From positions 448,001-512,000 of the forward strand of contig OZ219788.1 in NCBI GenBank assembly GCA_964291285.2: a stretch of 64,000 nucleotides of DNA, read 5' to 3'. A model generated the notes under the pieces. It saw only the letters and a program-made list of their open reading frames with translations, made no database searches and was not told where the DNA came from. How positions within the stretch are numbered: position 1 is the stretch's first letter; every line of letters begins with the position of its first letter. Shown here in pieces: positions 19,238 through 29,310 of the stretch. Origin of the DNA: Alphaproteobacteria bacterium (GTDB lineage: Bacteria; Pseudomonadota; Alphaproteobacteria; Bin95). The translations under genes were made by a program, and so were the position numbers.

Positions 19238-20349
19238 GGACTCCCTCCACTCTTCGGGTCGGCTTGCCCGACCCTCCGCTCTCCTCTTCCTCCCCCGGAC
19301 CGGGAGCCCGCGCCGGCCGGGGAGCCGGAGGCGCAGGCGGCGGTACGGAACAGCGGCGCGAAGCGGGCGCGGAGCGTTGCCGGGCCGAGGGCGACGAGGT
19401 CGTCGTTGAAATCGTTGCCGGCGGGCAGGATGACGGTGGCGGCGACGCCGGCCCGCGCGCAGCGCCGGGCGAGGCGTTCGGCCGCGAGCGCGCCGTGCTC
19501 GTCATTGTCCTGCGCGATGACCAGCCGCGTGAGGCCGGGCGGCGGCGCGAACGCGCCGAGGCTCCCGGCCGAGAGCGCGGCGGCGGCCGTGATCTCGGGC
19601 ACGGCGGCGACCAGCGAGAGGACCGTCTCTATGCCCTCGCCGACGACGAGCGGCGCGTGGCCGGCAGGCGCGCCGAAGCGCACCGCGAGGCCGTGGATGC
19701 GGCCGAGCGCCTTGCGCGGCGCGGCGATGTCCGCCTTGGCGGGTGCGCGGGGATCGAGCCAGGTGCGCTGCACACCGAGGATGGCGCCGTCGTCGCCGGT
19801 GACGGCGGCGACCAGCGCCGGGAAGCGGTGCACCGCCGGGCCGTCGCGGTAGCGAAGCTCCGGGTGATAGCGCAGCGCCGCGAAACGGCAGCGCGCGAGA
19901 CCCCGGGCATGCAGGTAGCGCTCGGCGTGGCTGCCGGCAATGGCGCGGCAGCGCCGCCACAGGCGGCGGGCAGCCTCTGTCGCGTCCCAGGGCGCGTCCG
20001 GGGCTCCCGGATACCCGGAACAAGTCCGGGCACTGTCCGGGTCAGGCTCCAGGGCGAGGAAGGCGCACGCCTCGTCGAGCGCCGCGCGCAGCGTCGGCGC
20101 GCCCGAGCGGTAGCGGACCAGATCGAGCAGGTCGCCGTGCGTGCCCCGGGCCGCATCGGTCCACTTCCCCGGCGTGCCGGGTCCGGAGAGGCGGACGAAG
20201 AGCGAGCGTCCGCGGGCGCCGTCGAGGTCGCCGCAGATCCAGTAGCGGCCCTGCCGGCGGCCATGGGGCAGATAGCGTCGGCAGACCGCCTCGGCGCGCG
20301 CGGCAAGCGCGGCGGCGATGGCGGCGGCGGGAGACGGTTGGTGCTGCAT
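19234..20349 (-). CDS. TOPRIM-domain primase-like protein
   Basis: GKWTDAA..GDLLDL, AERYL, GVQRTWLD, VVGEGIET, IAQDND, DFNDDL. Confidence 0.85.
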   Translation of the reverse strand: MQHQPSPAAAIAAALAARAEAVCRRYLPHGRRQGRYWICGDLDGARGRSLFVRLSGPGTPGKWTDAARGTHGDLLDLVRYRSGAPTLRAALDEACAFLALEPDPDSARTCSGYPGAPDAPWDATEAARRLWRRCRAIAGSHAERYLHARGLARCRFAALRYHPELRYRDGPAVHRFPALVAAVTGDDGAILGVQRTWLDPRAPAKADIAAPRKALGRIHGLAVRFGAPAGHAPLVVGEGIETVLSLVAAVPEITAAAALSAGSLGAFAPPPGLTRLVIAQDNDEHGALAAERLARRCARAGVAATVILPAGNDFNDDLVALGPATLRARFAPLFRTAACASGSPAGAGSRSGGGRGERRVGQADPKSGGSP

Positions 20350-20481
20350 GCGGGACTTCCTTCCATGTCGAGCGGGACGCCCGATACCGGCCGCCCTCCG
20401 CCTCTGGACGGCGCCGGAAGGCGAGCGGCCCGCGCCAGGCGCGGGCGCGGCGCCCGGACGGACCGCCTCCGGTTCGGCTGC

Positions 20482-20511
20482 AAAAAAAGGCCGGCGCGCG
20501 AGGCGCCGGCC
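20482..20511 (-). terminator. Rho-independent terminator after ssb
   Basis: GGCCGGCGC..GCGCCGGCC stem followed by T7 on the minus strand. Confidence 0.75.
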
Positions 20512-20537
20512 CTGTGGGGAAGGAAGAACGGGAAGCT

Positions 20538-20981
20538 CTAGAACGGGATCTCGTCCCCGTCCATCGGGTCGCCGCCGGCCGGCGCGGAGCCGTCCGCCGC
20601 GTCCGGGCCGGGCTGCGCGGCGTTGCCGTTCGGCTTGTCGAGGAACTGGACGCGCCCGCCGGGGACCAGCAGGATCTCGGTCGAGAAGCGGTCGCCGTCC
20701 TCGCCCGGCTTCGACCAGCGCCGGGTCTGGAGCTTGCCGTCGATGTAGACCAGCCGGCCCTTGGTGGCGTGCTTCCCGAGCATGTCGATCAGCCCGTCCT
20801 GGAAGGTCACGACCCGGTGCCACTCGGTCCTGTCGACCTTCTCGCCGGTCTGCTTGTTGATGAACGACTCGTCGGTCGCGATGCTCAGGTTGGCGACGCG
20901 CCCGCCCGAGGCGAGGTGGTTGACGGTGACGTCCGCGCCGAGGCGGCCGATGATCTGCACCTTGTTCAGTCCGAAGCTCAT
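20538..20981 (-). CDS. ssb: Single-stranded DNA-binding protein
   Basis: LNKVQIIGRLGAD, TEWHRVV, GKLQTRRW, acidic DEIPF tail. Confidence 0.95.
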   Translation of the reverse strand: MSFGLNKVQIIGRLGADVTVNHLASGGRVANLSIATDESFINKQTGEKVDRTEWHRVVTFQDGLIDMLGKHATKGRLVYIDGKLQTRRWSKPGEDGDRFSTEILLVPGGRVQFLDKPNGNAAQPGPDAADGSAPAGGDPMDGDEIPF

Positions 20982-21073
20982 TGCGATACTCCTTCAGGTT
21001 CGCGTTCATGACGGTGGGTTGCGAACGACCGGAGGCCGGGACACCCTCCCGACCCCCCGCCCGTTCAATCTCT

Positions 21074-21343
21074 TCAGGCCCTCCTCCACCTCCGGTTCGC
21101 CGGAGGGAGCGGCGCCGCCGGGTCCCGGAACTCCGCCGGCGCCGCTTCCTGGAGGGACATCCCGAGGGCCGGTTCCGGGAAGAGGCTCGCGAAGCCGTGC
21201 ACCGGACAGGCCGCGCCCCGGTCGGGACAGCGGATGGCGCGCTCGTCCTCCGTGATCTCGCGGACGGTGCGGCGGTCGACGCCGAGTTCGGCGAGCAGGT
21301 CGCAGCCGGTCGGAAGGTCGAGGGATGTATCGGGATGAAACAT
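21074..21343 (-). CDS. Hypothetical protein
   Basis: Co-oriented ORF MFHPDTSLDL... with GAGGAG RBS. Confidence 0.4.
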   Translation of the reverse strand: MFHPDTSLDLPTGCDLLAELGVDRRTVREITEDERAIRCPDRGAACPVHGFASLFPEPALGMSLQEAAPAEFRDPAAPLPPANRRWRRA

Positions 21344-21465
21344 GGCGGGAACTCCTCTGCCGTTGCCCTGCCCGGCAACCTGTGCCGGACACCGATCCGG
21401 CATCGGCGGGGAGTTCCTCTCCTCCGCCCTGCCGGACACTCGCCCGGCAGGCGCTTCACTCCTCT

Positions 21466-22002
21466 CTACGACGGGGGGACGGCGCGGCGGATCGCGGCCA
21501 GGCGCTCGCAGACGGCGCGCGGCGGCATCGACCCCAGGTTCAGCACCGGGATGCCGCGGGTCCGGGCGATGCGGATGGCCATGCCCGTGCCGCCGGTTGA
21601 CGCGCCGCGCTCGCTCCACCACACGACCGCATCGACCGGTCGCTCCAGGGTCCCGCCGAGCACCACCGCCGCGTTCCGGGCATGCAGCTTGCGCACGGCC
21701 GGCGAACAGCGCTCCCAGGCCGGATGCAGGGGCGCCGCGATCTCCAGGCTTGCCGCCATCGCCGCCGGAGACAGGGTCCGGCAGTCGGCGCCGCGATGCC
21801 CGTTATAGCCCCGCCACGGCAGCCAGATCGTCCGCTGCTCTGCTGACGCTCCCGCCGCAAACGCCGCATCGGCGCCGCCCGCTCCGCCGCTCGACAGATG
21901 CCAGCCGGTCCGAGCCAGCCATCCCGCCATCGTGGTCATGTCGGCCAGCATCCCCGTCGGCGTCGCCCGCGCCCCGATCCCCGCATAGGTCAATGTCGTC
22001 AT
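21466..22002 (-). CDS. DprA-like SLOG protein (phage-type)
   Basis: YAGIGARATP, LSSGGAGGADAAF, LHARN, GGTGMAIRIA, IPVLNL. Confidence 0.8.
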   Translation of the reverse strand: MTTLTYAGIGARATPTGMLADMTTMAGWLARTGWHLSSGGAGGADAAFAAGASAEQRTIWLPWRGYNGHRGADCRTLSPAAMAASLEIAAPLHPAWERCSPAVRKLHARNAAVVLGGTLERPVDAVVWWSERGASTGGTGMAIRIARTRGIPVLNLGSMPPRAVCERLAAIRRAVPPS

Positions 22003-22411
22003 GGTCCGATCTCCCCGGTTGCGTCCGCCGCGGCTCCCTCCCGGTCATCGGCTTCGCTCCCGAACCGCCTTTCTACACCTCTGCGGCGCGAACGGGTCGG
22101 CCTCGCCTGCATTGCCGCGCTGCGCGGGACATCGGTGCGCATGAACGGGCGGGGATCGATGGCGCGGCGCGGGTGACGACAGATGGCGGCGGGCCGGCAG
22201 CGGAGCATGGCCGCCATGTGCGAGCCCCCATGGGCCGCCGGACGGCGCAGGGCCGGCTACGCAGTCGTGCGGCGGCCGAAACCGGGCGGCCCCGGCAAGA
22301 CGGCGACGGGCCGGCTGCACAGCAGGAAGACGAAAGCGGTCGGGTCGCCCGTTCCGTCGCGCCGGAAAGGAGACGACATGGCGAAAGGAACGGTCGGAGG
22401 GCGATTCTGCC

Positions 22412-22681
22412 TCAGTGCCACGGCTCGCCGTCGGGATCGCCGTCCCCGGCGCGCATGGACGCCGCCGCCATGGTGGTCCAAGCCTCGCGGTCGTAACCGA
22501 GCCGACGGTTCAGCCTGTCGCAAAGGCCGAGAGCATCGTCGAGGTCGAGGGCGATGAGCGCGGTGGGGACATGCCCGGCGAGGCCTTCGATGACGATTCT
22601 GATCTGCTGGGCATCGACTTCGACGTCCCAGGCGGGCGCGAAGCAGAAGTTCGGGCAGTCCGGCAGGGTCTGCGCGGTCAT
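22412..22681 (-). CDS. Hypothetical protein
   Basis: MTAQTLPDCPNFCF... with AAGGAG RBS, co-oriented. Confidence 0.55.
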   Translation of the reverse strand: MTAQTLPDCPNFCFAPAWDVEVDAQQIRIVIEGLAGHVPTALIALDLDDALGLCDRLNRRLGYDREAWTTMAAASMRAGDGDPDGEPWH

Positions 22682-22772
22682 GGCGTCGGTCTCCTTGTCG
22701 GGGCGGGTCGGCGGCCGCCCGGCCGGCAATACGTATCCCGGCCGGGCATTGAACGGGGGAATTCTCCGGGAG

Positions 22773-25700
22773 TCACGCGGCGGGCGGCCAGCGTTCGAGG
22801 ACGCGCTCCAGCGCGCCGGCATGGGGCGCGAATATCCGGGCGCGGAACGAGACGATCTCGATCGCGCAGCCCATGCGCCGGAGCGTCGGCAGGTCGGTAT
22901 CGGCCGGCCCCTCGACCTCGATGCGGTCGGCGCCCATCAGGCGGCGGCGGGCGAGCCGCCAGCCATTGGCGAGCGCGAGCGGGTTGCCGCGTTCCATCAC
23001 CGCCGCGAAGGCTTCCGCGGCGGTGATGGCGGGTCCGCCGTCGAGGCCGAACCCGGCGCGCACGGCGCGGACCTGCTCCGCGTCGAGCACGCGCCCGATG
23101 AGGGCCATGCCGTCGTCGCTGGTGAGCCGGCGGACGCGCATGTTCTCGGCCGGGAGGCGGTCCCAGACGGGCAGCAGCAGGCCGGTGGCGAGCCAGAAGC
23201 GGGACTCGCGGTGGGACGGCAGGCCGGCGGTCTCGGCGTCCCAGAGCATGCGCCAGTGCCGTTCGTCGGCATGGCTCCAGCTGGAAGCGGCGAACTCGGC
23301 CCGGGCCATGCGGTCCCGGGCGGCGGGGCGGAGCAGCTGCACGCGTTCCTGCACCCCGCCGTCCTCGAGCATGCGCGACGGGGCGGGCAGCAGGACGGCG
23401 GCGCGCCTCGAGCGCGCGTTGACCACGAGGCGGGGCTTCCCGTCCGGTCCCGGATCGCGGCTTCCGATCTCCAGCGCGGCATCTGCGGTGAGCGGCATGA
23501 GCCTGTCGCGGCGGACGATCCCTACCAGTTCGGTGGCGGCCCCGGCGCCGGGATGCTCATGGAGCGTCTCCCTGCCGGCGACAGTGAGCGAGTCGGCGGT
23601 GACCGTCTCGACCCCCCGTTCGTAGCTGCCGGCCTCGATGGCCTGCTCGATATTGGCGGCGATGCGCTCTTCCAGCGCGGCGAAGAGCCGGTTCTGCTCG
23701 TCGATGGGGAGCGCCAGCAGCCGGTTGAGGAACTTCGGCATCGGCGGCAGGTCGTCCTTGAGCCCGCCCTCGTGGACGATCCTGAGGCCGGTCGACTCCT
23801 GGAACCGTTCCGCGTTCCAGCCCTCGATGGCGCCGCGCCAGAGCGCGCCGTAGAACTGCCTGAGCGCCGCCTTCGCGTAGGCGCTCTCCAGGTTGTCGCT
23901 CTCGCGGAAGAGCGCGGCGTCGCCCATGGCGGTCTGGCTGTCGCGTTGGCCGCGGGTGATGGCGCCCAGGCTGTCGAGCCGCCGGGCGATGGTGGCGATG
24001 AAGCGGCGCTCGCCCTTCACGTCGGTGGTGACGGGCCGGAAGAGCGGCGCGGAGGCTTGGTGCGTCCTGTGGGTGCGGCCCAGCCCCTGGATCGCCTGGT
24101 CGGCCCTCCAGCCGGGCTCCAGCAGGTAGTGGATGCGCCGCTCCGTGTTCCCGCAGGAGAGGTCGGCATGGTAGCTCCTGCCCGTCCCGCCGGCCATGGA
24201 GAACACCAGGATGCGCTTGCTTCCGTCCATGAACGCGGCGGTTTCGGCGAGATTGGCGGAGGCGGGCCGCGAGCGCAGCGCGAGGCGTTCGCCCCTTGCG
24301 TCCACGATGCGCAGCACCCGCCGCGACCGGCCGGTGACCTCGGCGACGGCCTTGTCCCCGAAATGCTGCACGATCCGGTCCAGCGCCGTCGGCACCGGCG
24401 GCAGGGCGGCGAGCTTTTCGATCAGCGCGTCGCGCCGCTCCTCGGCCTCCTTGCAGACGATCGTGTTGCCGTCGGCGTCCCTGGCGGGGCGGCCGAGCAG
24501 CTTGCCGCCGTCGTCGGTGAAGGGCTCCTGCAGCTGCACCGGGAAGGCGTGCATCAGGCAGGACAGGATGGCGTCCCGGGGCGTGAGGTCGATATTGAGG
24601 TCGTCCCACTCAGAGGCCGGGACCTCGGCGATGCGCCGTTCCATGAGCGCCTCGCCGGTCGAGACCAGCTGGACCACGGCCGAGCGCCCGGCTTCGAGGT
24701 CGGCCTCGATGGCGCGGATCAGGCTCGGGCACTTCATGCCGGTGAGCAGATGGCCGAAGAAGCGCTGCTTCGTGCCCTCGAAGGCGCTCAGCGCTGCCGC
24801 TTTTGCGCTCCTGTTGAGCGTGTCCTCGCCCCGGACGATGCCGGTGGCCTTCAGCGCCTCCCCGATATTGTGGTGGATCACCTTGAAGGCGCCGGCATAG
24901 GCATCGTAGATGCGCCGCTGCTCCGGGGTGAGCGAATGTTCGAGTATGTCGACCTCGATGCCGTCATAGGCGAGCGCCCTTGCCTGGTAGAGGCCGAGGG
25001 CCTTGAGGTCGCGGGCAACGACCTCCATCGCGGCGACGCCGCCGGCCTCCATGGCGGAGACGAAGGCGGTGCGGGTCTCGAACGGCGTCTCGCCGGCGGC
25101 CCAGAGGCCGAGCCGGCCGGCATAGGCGAGGCCGGGGAGCGTGGTGGCGCCGGTGGCCGAGACATAGGCGATGCGGGCGTCGGGCAGCGCGTTCTGCAGG
25201 CGCAGGCCGGCGCGGCCCTGCTGCGACGGCTTCGTCTCGCCGCGTTCGCTCTTCGAGCCGGCGGCGTTGGCCATGGCGTGGGCCTCGTCGAAGACGATGA
25301 CCCCGTCGAAGGCGCGGCGGTCCTCCTCGTCCAACGAGCCGGCGAGCCACTCGACGACCTGCTCCAGCCGCGAGGGCCTGCCTTGGCGGGACGGCGAGCG
25401 CAGCGTGGCGTAGGTGGCGAACAGGATGCCCTCGTCGAGGGGGATCTCCCGCCCCTGGCGAAAGGCGCCGAGCGGGATGACGTCGCTCTCCAGCCCGCCG
25501 AGCGCGGTCCAGTCGCGCCTTGCGTCCTCCAGCAGCTTGTCGGACTGGGAGAGCCAGAGGGCGCGCTTCCGGCCCCTCAGCCGGTTGTCGAGGATGACGG
25601 CGGCGACCTGCCGGCCCTTGCCGCAGCCGGTGCCGTCGCCCAGCATCCAGCCCCGGCGGAAGCGCACCGGCTTCGACAGGGTCTCGCTTTCCCGGGTGAC

Positions 25701-27257
25701 GAGGGAGGTGTCGATGTCCGCCTCGTCCTCTCCGTCCTGCGGGCAGCGGTGGACGGTCTCCCAGCCGGAGCCGATGCGGTATTGCGCTGCCAGATGGCGG
25801 GAATGGGCCTCGCCCGCCAGCACGACGCTCTCGAGCTGGGCGTCGGACAGCAGGCCGTCGGTCACCACGCGCTCCGGCAGCATGGGCCGGTATGCCGGCG
25901 CCGGATGGGGCACGGCGGCCATGGCGGCGGACTGCACCAGCGGCGTCGGATGCTCGACCGCCCCCGGCACCCGCACCGCGCCGGGCCGCCAGGGCGCCCA
26001 GGGGCCGGTGTCGGCGGCGGGTCGGGTATCCTGTTCGGCAGGCTCGACCGGCCCGGTCTCGACGACCAGCTCCGTAACCGGCCCCCGGTCATGGGCCTGC
26101 CGGGTCTCGGGCGTCGATGCGGGCCTGGGTCCCTGCCGCTTCGCGGGCGGCGGCGCGACGGCTGCGCCGAACAGGTCGCGGGCGGGACCTGCCGGCGTGC
26201 GCACGATCGGCTGGCGCTTCGGCACGCGCGCGATGACGGCATCGAGCAGTTCGGCGGCGTTCGCGGCGCGGGCGGTCGTGTCCAGCTCGACTTCAGGTCC
26301 GGCGCCGCGCTCCAGCACGGTGAGGCGGGTGTCGAAGCCGGTGCCGCGCCTGGCATAGGCCCGCCCGTCGATCGCCATGGTGAAGATGCAGCGGGCGTCG
26401 TCGAGCGAGCCGAAGGCATCGCGCCATGCGGTGCCGCCGGGCGCGCAATGGGCCGAGGTGACCGCGACCAGCCGCCCGCCCGGCGGCAGCATCGAAGCGG
26501 CCGAGCGGACATGGCGCAGATCGGCGCCGCGGGCGGTGCGGTCGACGCCGGGCGTTGCCGAGAAGGGCGGGTTCATCAGCACCACGGTCGGCCGGACGTC
26601 GCACAGCCGGTCCGCGATCCCCTCGGCGTCGAACGCGGTGACGGCGGCCCCGGGGAACAGCCGCGTCAGCAACCGCGCCCGCGTGGGCGCGTATTCATTG
26701 AGATGGAGCGCGCCTGCCGCCCGGTCGCCCAGCGCGCACTGCGCCATCACCGCCAGCATGCCGGTGCCGGCGGAAGGTTCCAGCACGGTATCGCCCGGCC
26801 GGATGGCGGCGGCCTGGAGGGCGGCATAGGCGAGCGGCAGCGGGGTCGAGAACTGCTGGAGGCGGACCTGCTCCTCCGAGCGCCTGGTGTGGGAGGGTTC
26901 CAGCGCGGCGACGGCCTCCAGCATCGCCAGCATGCGGCGGGGTCCGCCCGCATTTCGGCGCATGGCCCGGGCGTAGCGCTGCATGAAGATCACCACGGCC
27001 GCCTCGGCGGCTTCATAGGCGTCCTTCCAGACCCAGCCGCCCCCGGCGTCGGTGGCGCCGAAGGCCTTTGTCATGGCGGCGCGCAGCGTCGCGGCGTCGA
27101 GCGGCCGTCCGGCCTCCAGCACCGGCAGCAGGGTTCGGGCGGCGGCGATCAGGGCGTCGCCCGCGGCCGGGCGGTCCGACGGGGCGGCCGGATCGATGGG
27201 GACTGCGGGAGGAAGAGGGCGCGCGAGGGCGTCCGGCGCCGTGGGGGCGTCGAGCAT
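22773..27257 (-). CDS. SAM-dependent methyltransferase + strawberry-notch-family helicase
   Basis: QQFSTP, VLEPSAGTG, MNPPFS; LSDAQLE, GDGTGCGKGR, FDEAH, SATG, GTGRSYHAD, QGLGRTHR. Confidence 0.92.
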   Translation of the reverse strand: MLDAPTAPDALARPLPPAVPIDPAAPSDRPAAGDALIAAARTLLPVLEAGRPLDAATLRAAMTKAFGATDAGGGWVWKDAYEAAEAAVVIFMQRYARAMRRNAGGPRRMLAMLEAVAALEPSHTRRSEEQVRLQQFSTPLPLAYAALQAAAIRPGDTVLEPSAGTGMLAVMAQCALGDRAAGALHLNEYAPTRARLLTRLFPGAAVTAFDAEGIADRLCDVRPTVVLMNPPFSATPGVDRTARGADLRHVRSAASMLPPGGRLVAVTSAHCAPGGTAWRDAFGSLDDARCIFTMAIDGRAYARRGTGFDTRLTVLERGAGPEVELDTTARAANAAELLDAVIARVPKRQPIVRTPAGPARDLFGAAVAPPPAKRQGPRPASTPETRQAHDRGPVTELVVETGPVEPAEQDTRPAADTGPWAPWRPGAVRVPGAVEHPTPLVQSAAMAAVPHPAPAYRPMLPERVVTDGLLSDAQLESVVLAGEAHSRHLAAQYRIGSGWETVHRCPQDGEDEADIDTSLVTRESETLSKPVRFRRGWMLGDGTGCGKGRQVAAVILDNRLRGRKRALWLSQSDKLLEDARRDWTALGGLESDVIPLGAFRQGREIPLDEGILFATYATLRSPSRQGRPSRLEQVVEWLAGSLDEEDRRAFDGVIVFDEAHAMANAAGSKSERGETKPSQQGRAGLRLQNALPDARIAYVSATGATTLPGLAYAGRLGLWAAGETPFETRTAFVSAMEAGGVAAMEVVARDLKALGLYQARALAYDGIEVDILEHSLTPEQRRIYDAYAGAFKVIHHNIGEALKATGIVRGEDTLNRSAKAAALSAFEGTKQRFFGHLLTGMKCPSLIRAIEADLEAGRSAVVQLVSTGEALMERRIAEVPASEWDDLNIDLTPRDAILSCLMHAFPVQLQEPFTDDGGKLLGRPARDADGNTIVCKEAEERRDALIEKLAALPPVPTALDRIVQHFGDKAVAEVTGRSRRVLRIVDARGERLALRSRPASANLAETAAFMDGSKRILVFSMAGGTGRSYHADLSCGNTERRIHYLLEPGWRADQAIQGLGRTHRTHQASAPLFRPVTTDVKGERRFIATIARRLDSLGAITRGQRDSQTAMGDAALFRESDNLESAYAKAALRQFYGALWRGAIEGWNAERFQESTGLRIVHEGGLKDDLPPMPKFLNRLLALPIDEQNRLFAALEERIAANIEQAIEAGSYERGVETVTADSLTVAGRETLHEHPGAGAATELVGIVRRDRLMPLTADAALEIGSRDPGPDGKPRLVVNARSRRAAVLLPAPSRMLEDGGVQERVQLLRPAARDRMARAEFAASSWSHADERHWRMLWDAETAGLPSHRESRFWLATGLLLPVWDRLPAENMRVRRLTSDDGMALIGRVLDAEQVRAVRAGFGLDGGPAITAAEAFAAVMERGNPLALANGWRLARRRLMGADRIEVEGPADTDLPTLRRMGCAIEIVSFRARIFAPHAGALERVLERWPPAA

Positions 27258-27462
27258 GGACAGTCTCCGTGCTGGAAGGGCGTGGCGGCGGCGGCGCGGC
27301 GCGAGTCTTCCCGCACCATCCCCGCCGGACTGCCCCCGGACGGCTGACCGGACTCCCGCCGGCGCCGGGCGCGCCGGGGCAACCCGGCGCGGGCGGAGGA
27401 TGCGTTCGGGAAGGTGCGGGGTTACCTGGGGAACCCGCGCCGTTGAGGTCGGGCGTGGCGGA

Positions 27463-27902
27463 TCAGCCGAACCGTTTGCCATCCCCGGTAAAGGTGAAGG
27501 AGTTCACGGCGAGGGCCTCGTCGACAGCCGGGTCGGAGGTCCCGGCCTCCCGGGCGTCGCGCAGTTGCCGGTAGAGCCAGCGGGCCAGGTTGCGAAGGGC
27601 GACGGTATCGTCGGCGCCACGGACATGGCTGTACCGGCTCTCGAACGAGGCGCCGTCCTCCTGGCTGCCGAACCCGCTGAACCATATGTTCGACCGTTCC
27701 CGGGTTCCGCCGCCCTGGAGGCGCACGGCATGGGTGTCGAGCGTGATGCCGACGATCCGGCAGACGGTCTCGAAGTCGTCGAGGACATGGTCGTACCAGT
27801 CGTCGAAGAGGCCCTCGTCGCGATACCGGGCGCGGGCCTTCTCCTTCGCCGCGTCCGAAAGCTCGTCGATCGTGCAGATCGTGATCTCGATGACCTGGTC
27901 AA
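27463..27902 (-). pseudogene. Degenerate conserved ICE gene (family often annotated 'antitoxin of TA stability system')
   Basis: DELSDAAKEKARARYR, IWFSGFGSQEDGASFE, LARWLYRQL, FTFTGDGKRFG; no clear start; appears internally shortened. Confidence 0.55.
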
Positions 27903-28420
27903 CCCTCCTGCGGACGGGCGTTGCGGGGGATGCCGGTGACGCGCACGAACCTGACCGCCTCCCGGACGCGGCGGAGCGCGACGCGGTCGTGGTCGGCCCG
28001 GGACCAGTGGGCCGGCATGCGGGCAAACCACGCACCGGAATCCGCGACGAAGCCGTCCGCACAGGCCACGAAGTGGCGGCTCGCGGAGATCGCCCAGGTT
28101 CCGGCGGGCGCGGCGTCGAGGAACGCGCCCAGCGTGATTGCGCGCTCGTCGAAGGGGACGCCGGCGAAGAGGCGCTCCCATTCCTGCTCGCGCCGGGCGA
28201 AACGGCGGTTCCGGTATTTCGGATGGCGGAGCGCATAGTCCGGCGCCCACCCGAACGCTTCGAGCGCGGCGGCGAGTTCGTCGATGAAGACGCCGTTCAC
28301 CGACGGCCGGTCGAACAGGCGGCGGATGACGGCGGCGGCCTCGTGGGTCGGCACGCCGGCGATCGCGGAAATCGCGGACGGGCCGCACTTCGTGGCGCGG
28401 CCGGTGATCCGGTGGAGCAT
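27899..28420 (-). CDS. Small papain/C39-like fold protein
   Basis: CGPSAIS at a helix start, HFVA and DS downstream, giving a Cys-His-Asp order. Confidence 0.5.
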   Translation of the reverse strand: MLHRITGRATKCGPSAISAIAGVPTHEAAAVIRRLFDRPSVNGVFIDELAAALEAFGWAPDYALRHPKYRNRRFARREQEWERLFAGVPFDERAITLGAFLDAAPAGTWAISASRHFVACADGFVADSGAWFARMPAHWSRADHDRVALRRVREAVRFVRVTGIPRNARPQEG

Positions 28421-28611
28421 GGCGGTCTCCGGGCTGGAAGGGCGCGGGCGTCCGGCACGGCGGGACCTCCCTCGCCGCACTGCCGGCCCGCCCCGCTCCG
28501 GCTGGCCGGTCTCCGGGCGGAGAAAGGCGTGAAGAAGGAAGTCGGAACGCCGACGCCACCCCTGCCGCCGGGGTGGGCGGTGGGGCGCTCAGGCCGCCGG
28601 GCGGCGCAAAC

Positions 28612-29298
28612 TCAGTTCAGCGAAACCGGTTCGACGCAGCGCGGATCGTCGTTGGCCGGCCGGTTGACGCGCGTCGAGGCCGGATGGGCCGTCATGTCAT
28701 CAGCCGGGTACGGCGCGAGCGGTGTCTCCTCGCCCGCAAGCCAGGCGGCCCAGGCGTCCGGCGGCAGGATGACCGGCATGCGGCCGTGGACCGGCGCCAC
28801 CGTCTCGTTGGCGGCGGTGGTGAGGATCGTGCAGGTCTCCACCGTGTCGCCGGGGCTGCGGCCGGCGAGCAATCCCGCAAGAGCGGCGCCCCCGGGAACG
28901 GTCCAGCGCTCCCACAGGCCGGCGAAGACCAGGGGCGCGCCGTCCCGGAAGCCGAACAGCCAGGGCTGGCGAGTTCCGCCCCGGCGCTGCCACTCGTAGA
29001 AGCCGTCCGCCGGGATCAGGCAGCGGCGATGACGGAAGGCCGAGCGGAAGGACGGCTTCCGCGCGGCGGTCTCGGACCGGGCGTTGATGAGCTTGTGGCC
29101 GATCGCCGGGTCCTTCGCCCAGGCCGGAATCAGCCCCCACCGCAGCATGGCGAGGGTGCGGCCGGCGGCGCGCGCGACCGCCACGTCCTGGCCCGGTGCG
29201 GCGTTGTAGCGGGGCCGCAGATCGAGCGGCGTACCGATCGGGTCGAGCCGCTCCTGGAGAGCTTTCCATGCAAGGCGGTTGGTGAAGCGGCCACACAT
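28612..29298 (-). CDS. SOS response-associated peptidase (SRAP/YedK/HMCES)
   Basis: MCGRF, RYNAAP, RWGLIP, INARSET, RCLIPADGFYEW, HGRMPVIL. Confidence 0.95.
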   Translation of the reverse strand: MCGRFTNRLAWKALQERLDPIGTPLDLRPRYNAAPGQDVAVARAAGRTLAMLRWGLIPAWAKDPAIGHKLINARSETAARKPSFRSAFRHRRCLIPADGFYEWQRRGGTRQPWLFGFRDGAPLVFAGLWERWTVPGGAALAGLLAGRSPGDTVETCTILTTAANETVAPVHGRMPVILPPDAWAAWLAGEETPLAPYPADDMTAHPASTRVNRPANDDPRCVEPVSLN

Positions 29299-29310
29299 GG
29301 GAACATCATC

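Noticed and set aside
22554-27347. 1597-aa plus-strand ORF and similar antisense ORFs (e.g. 32217-35042, 56258-58609)
   Set aside because: Shadow ORFs opposite motif-supported genes in high-GC DNA
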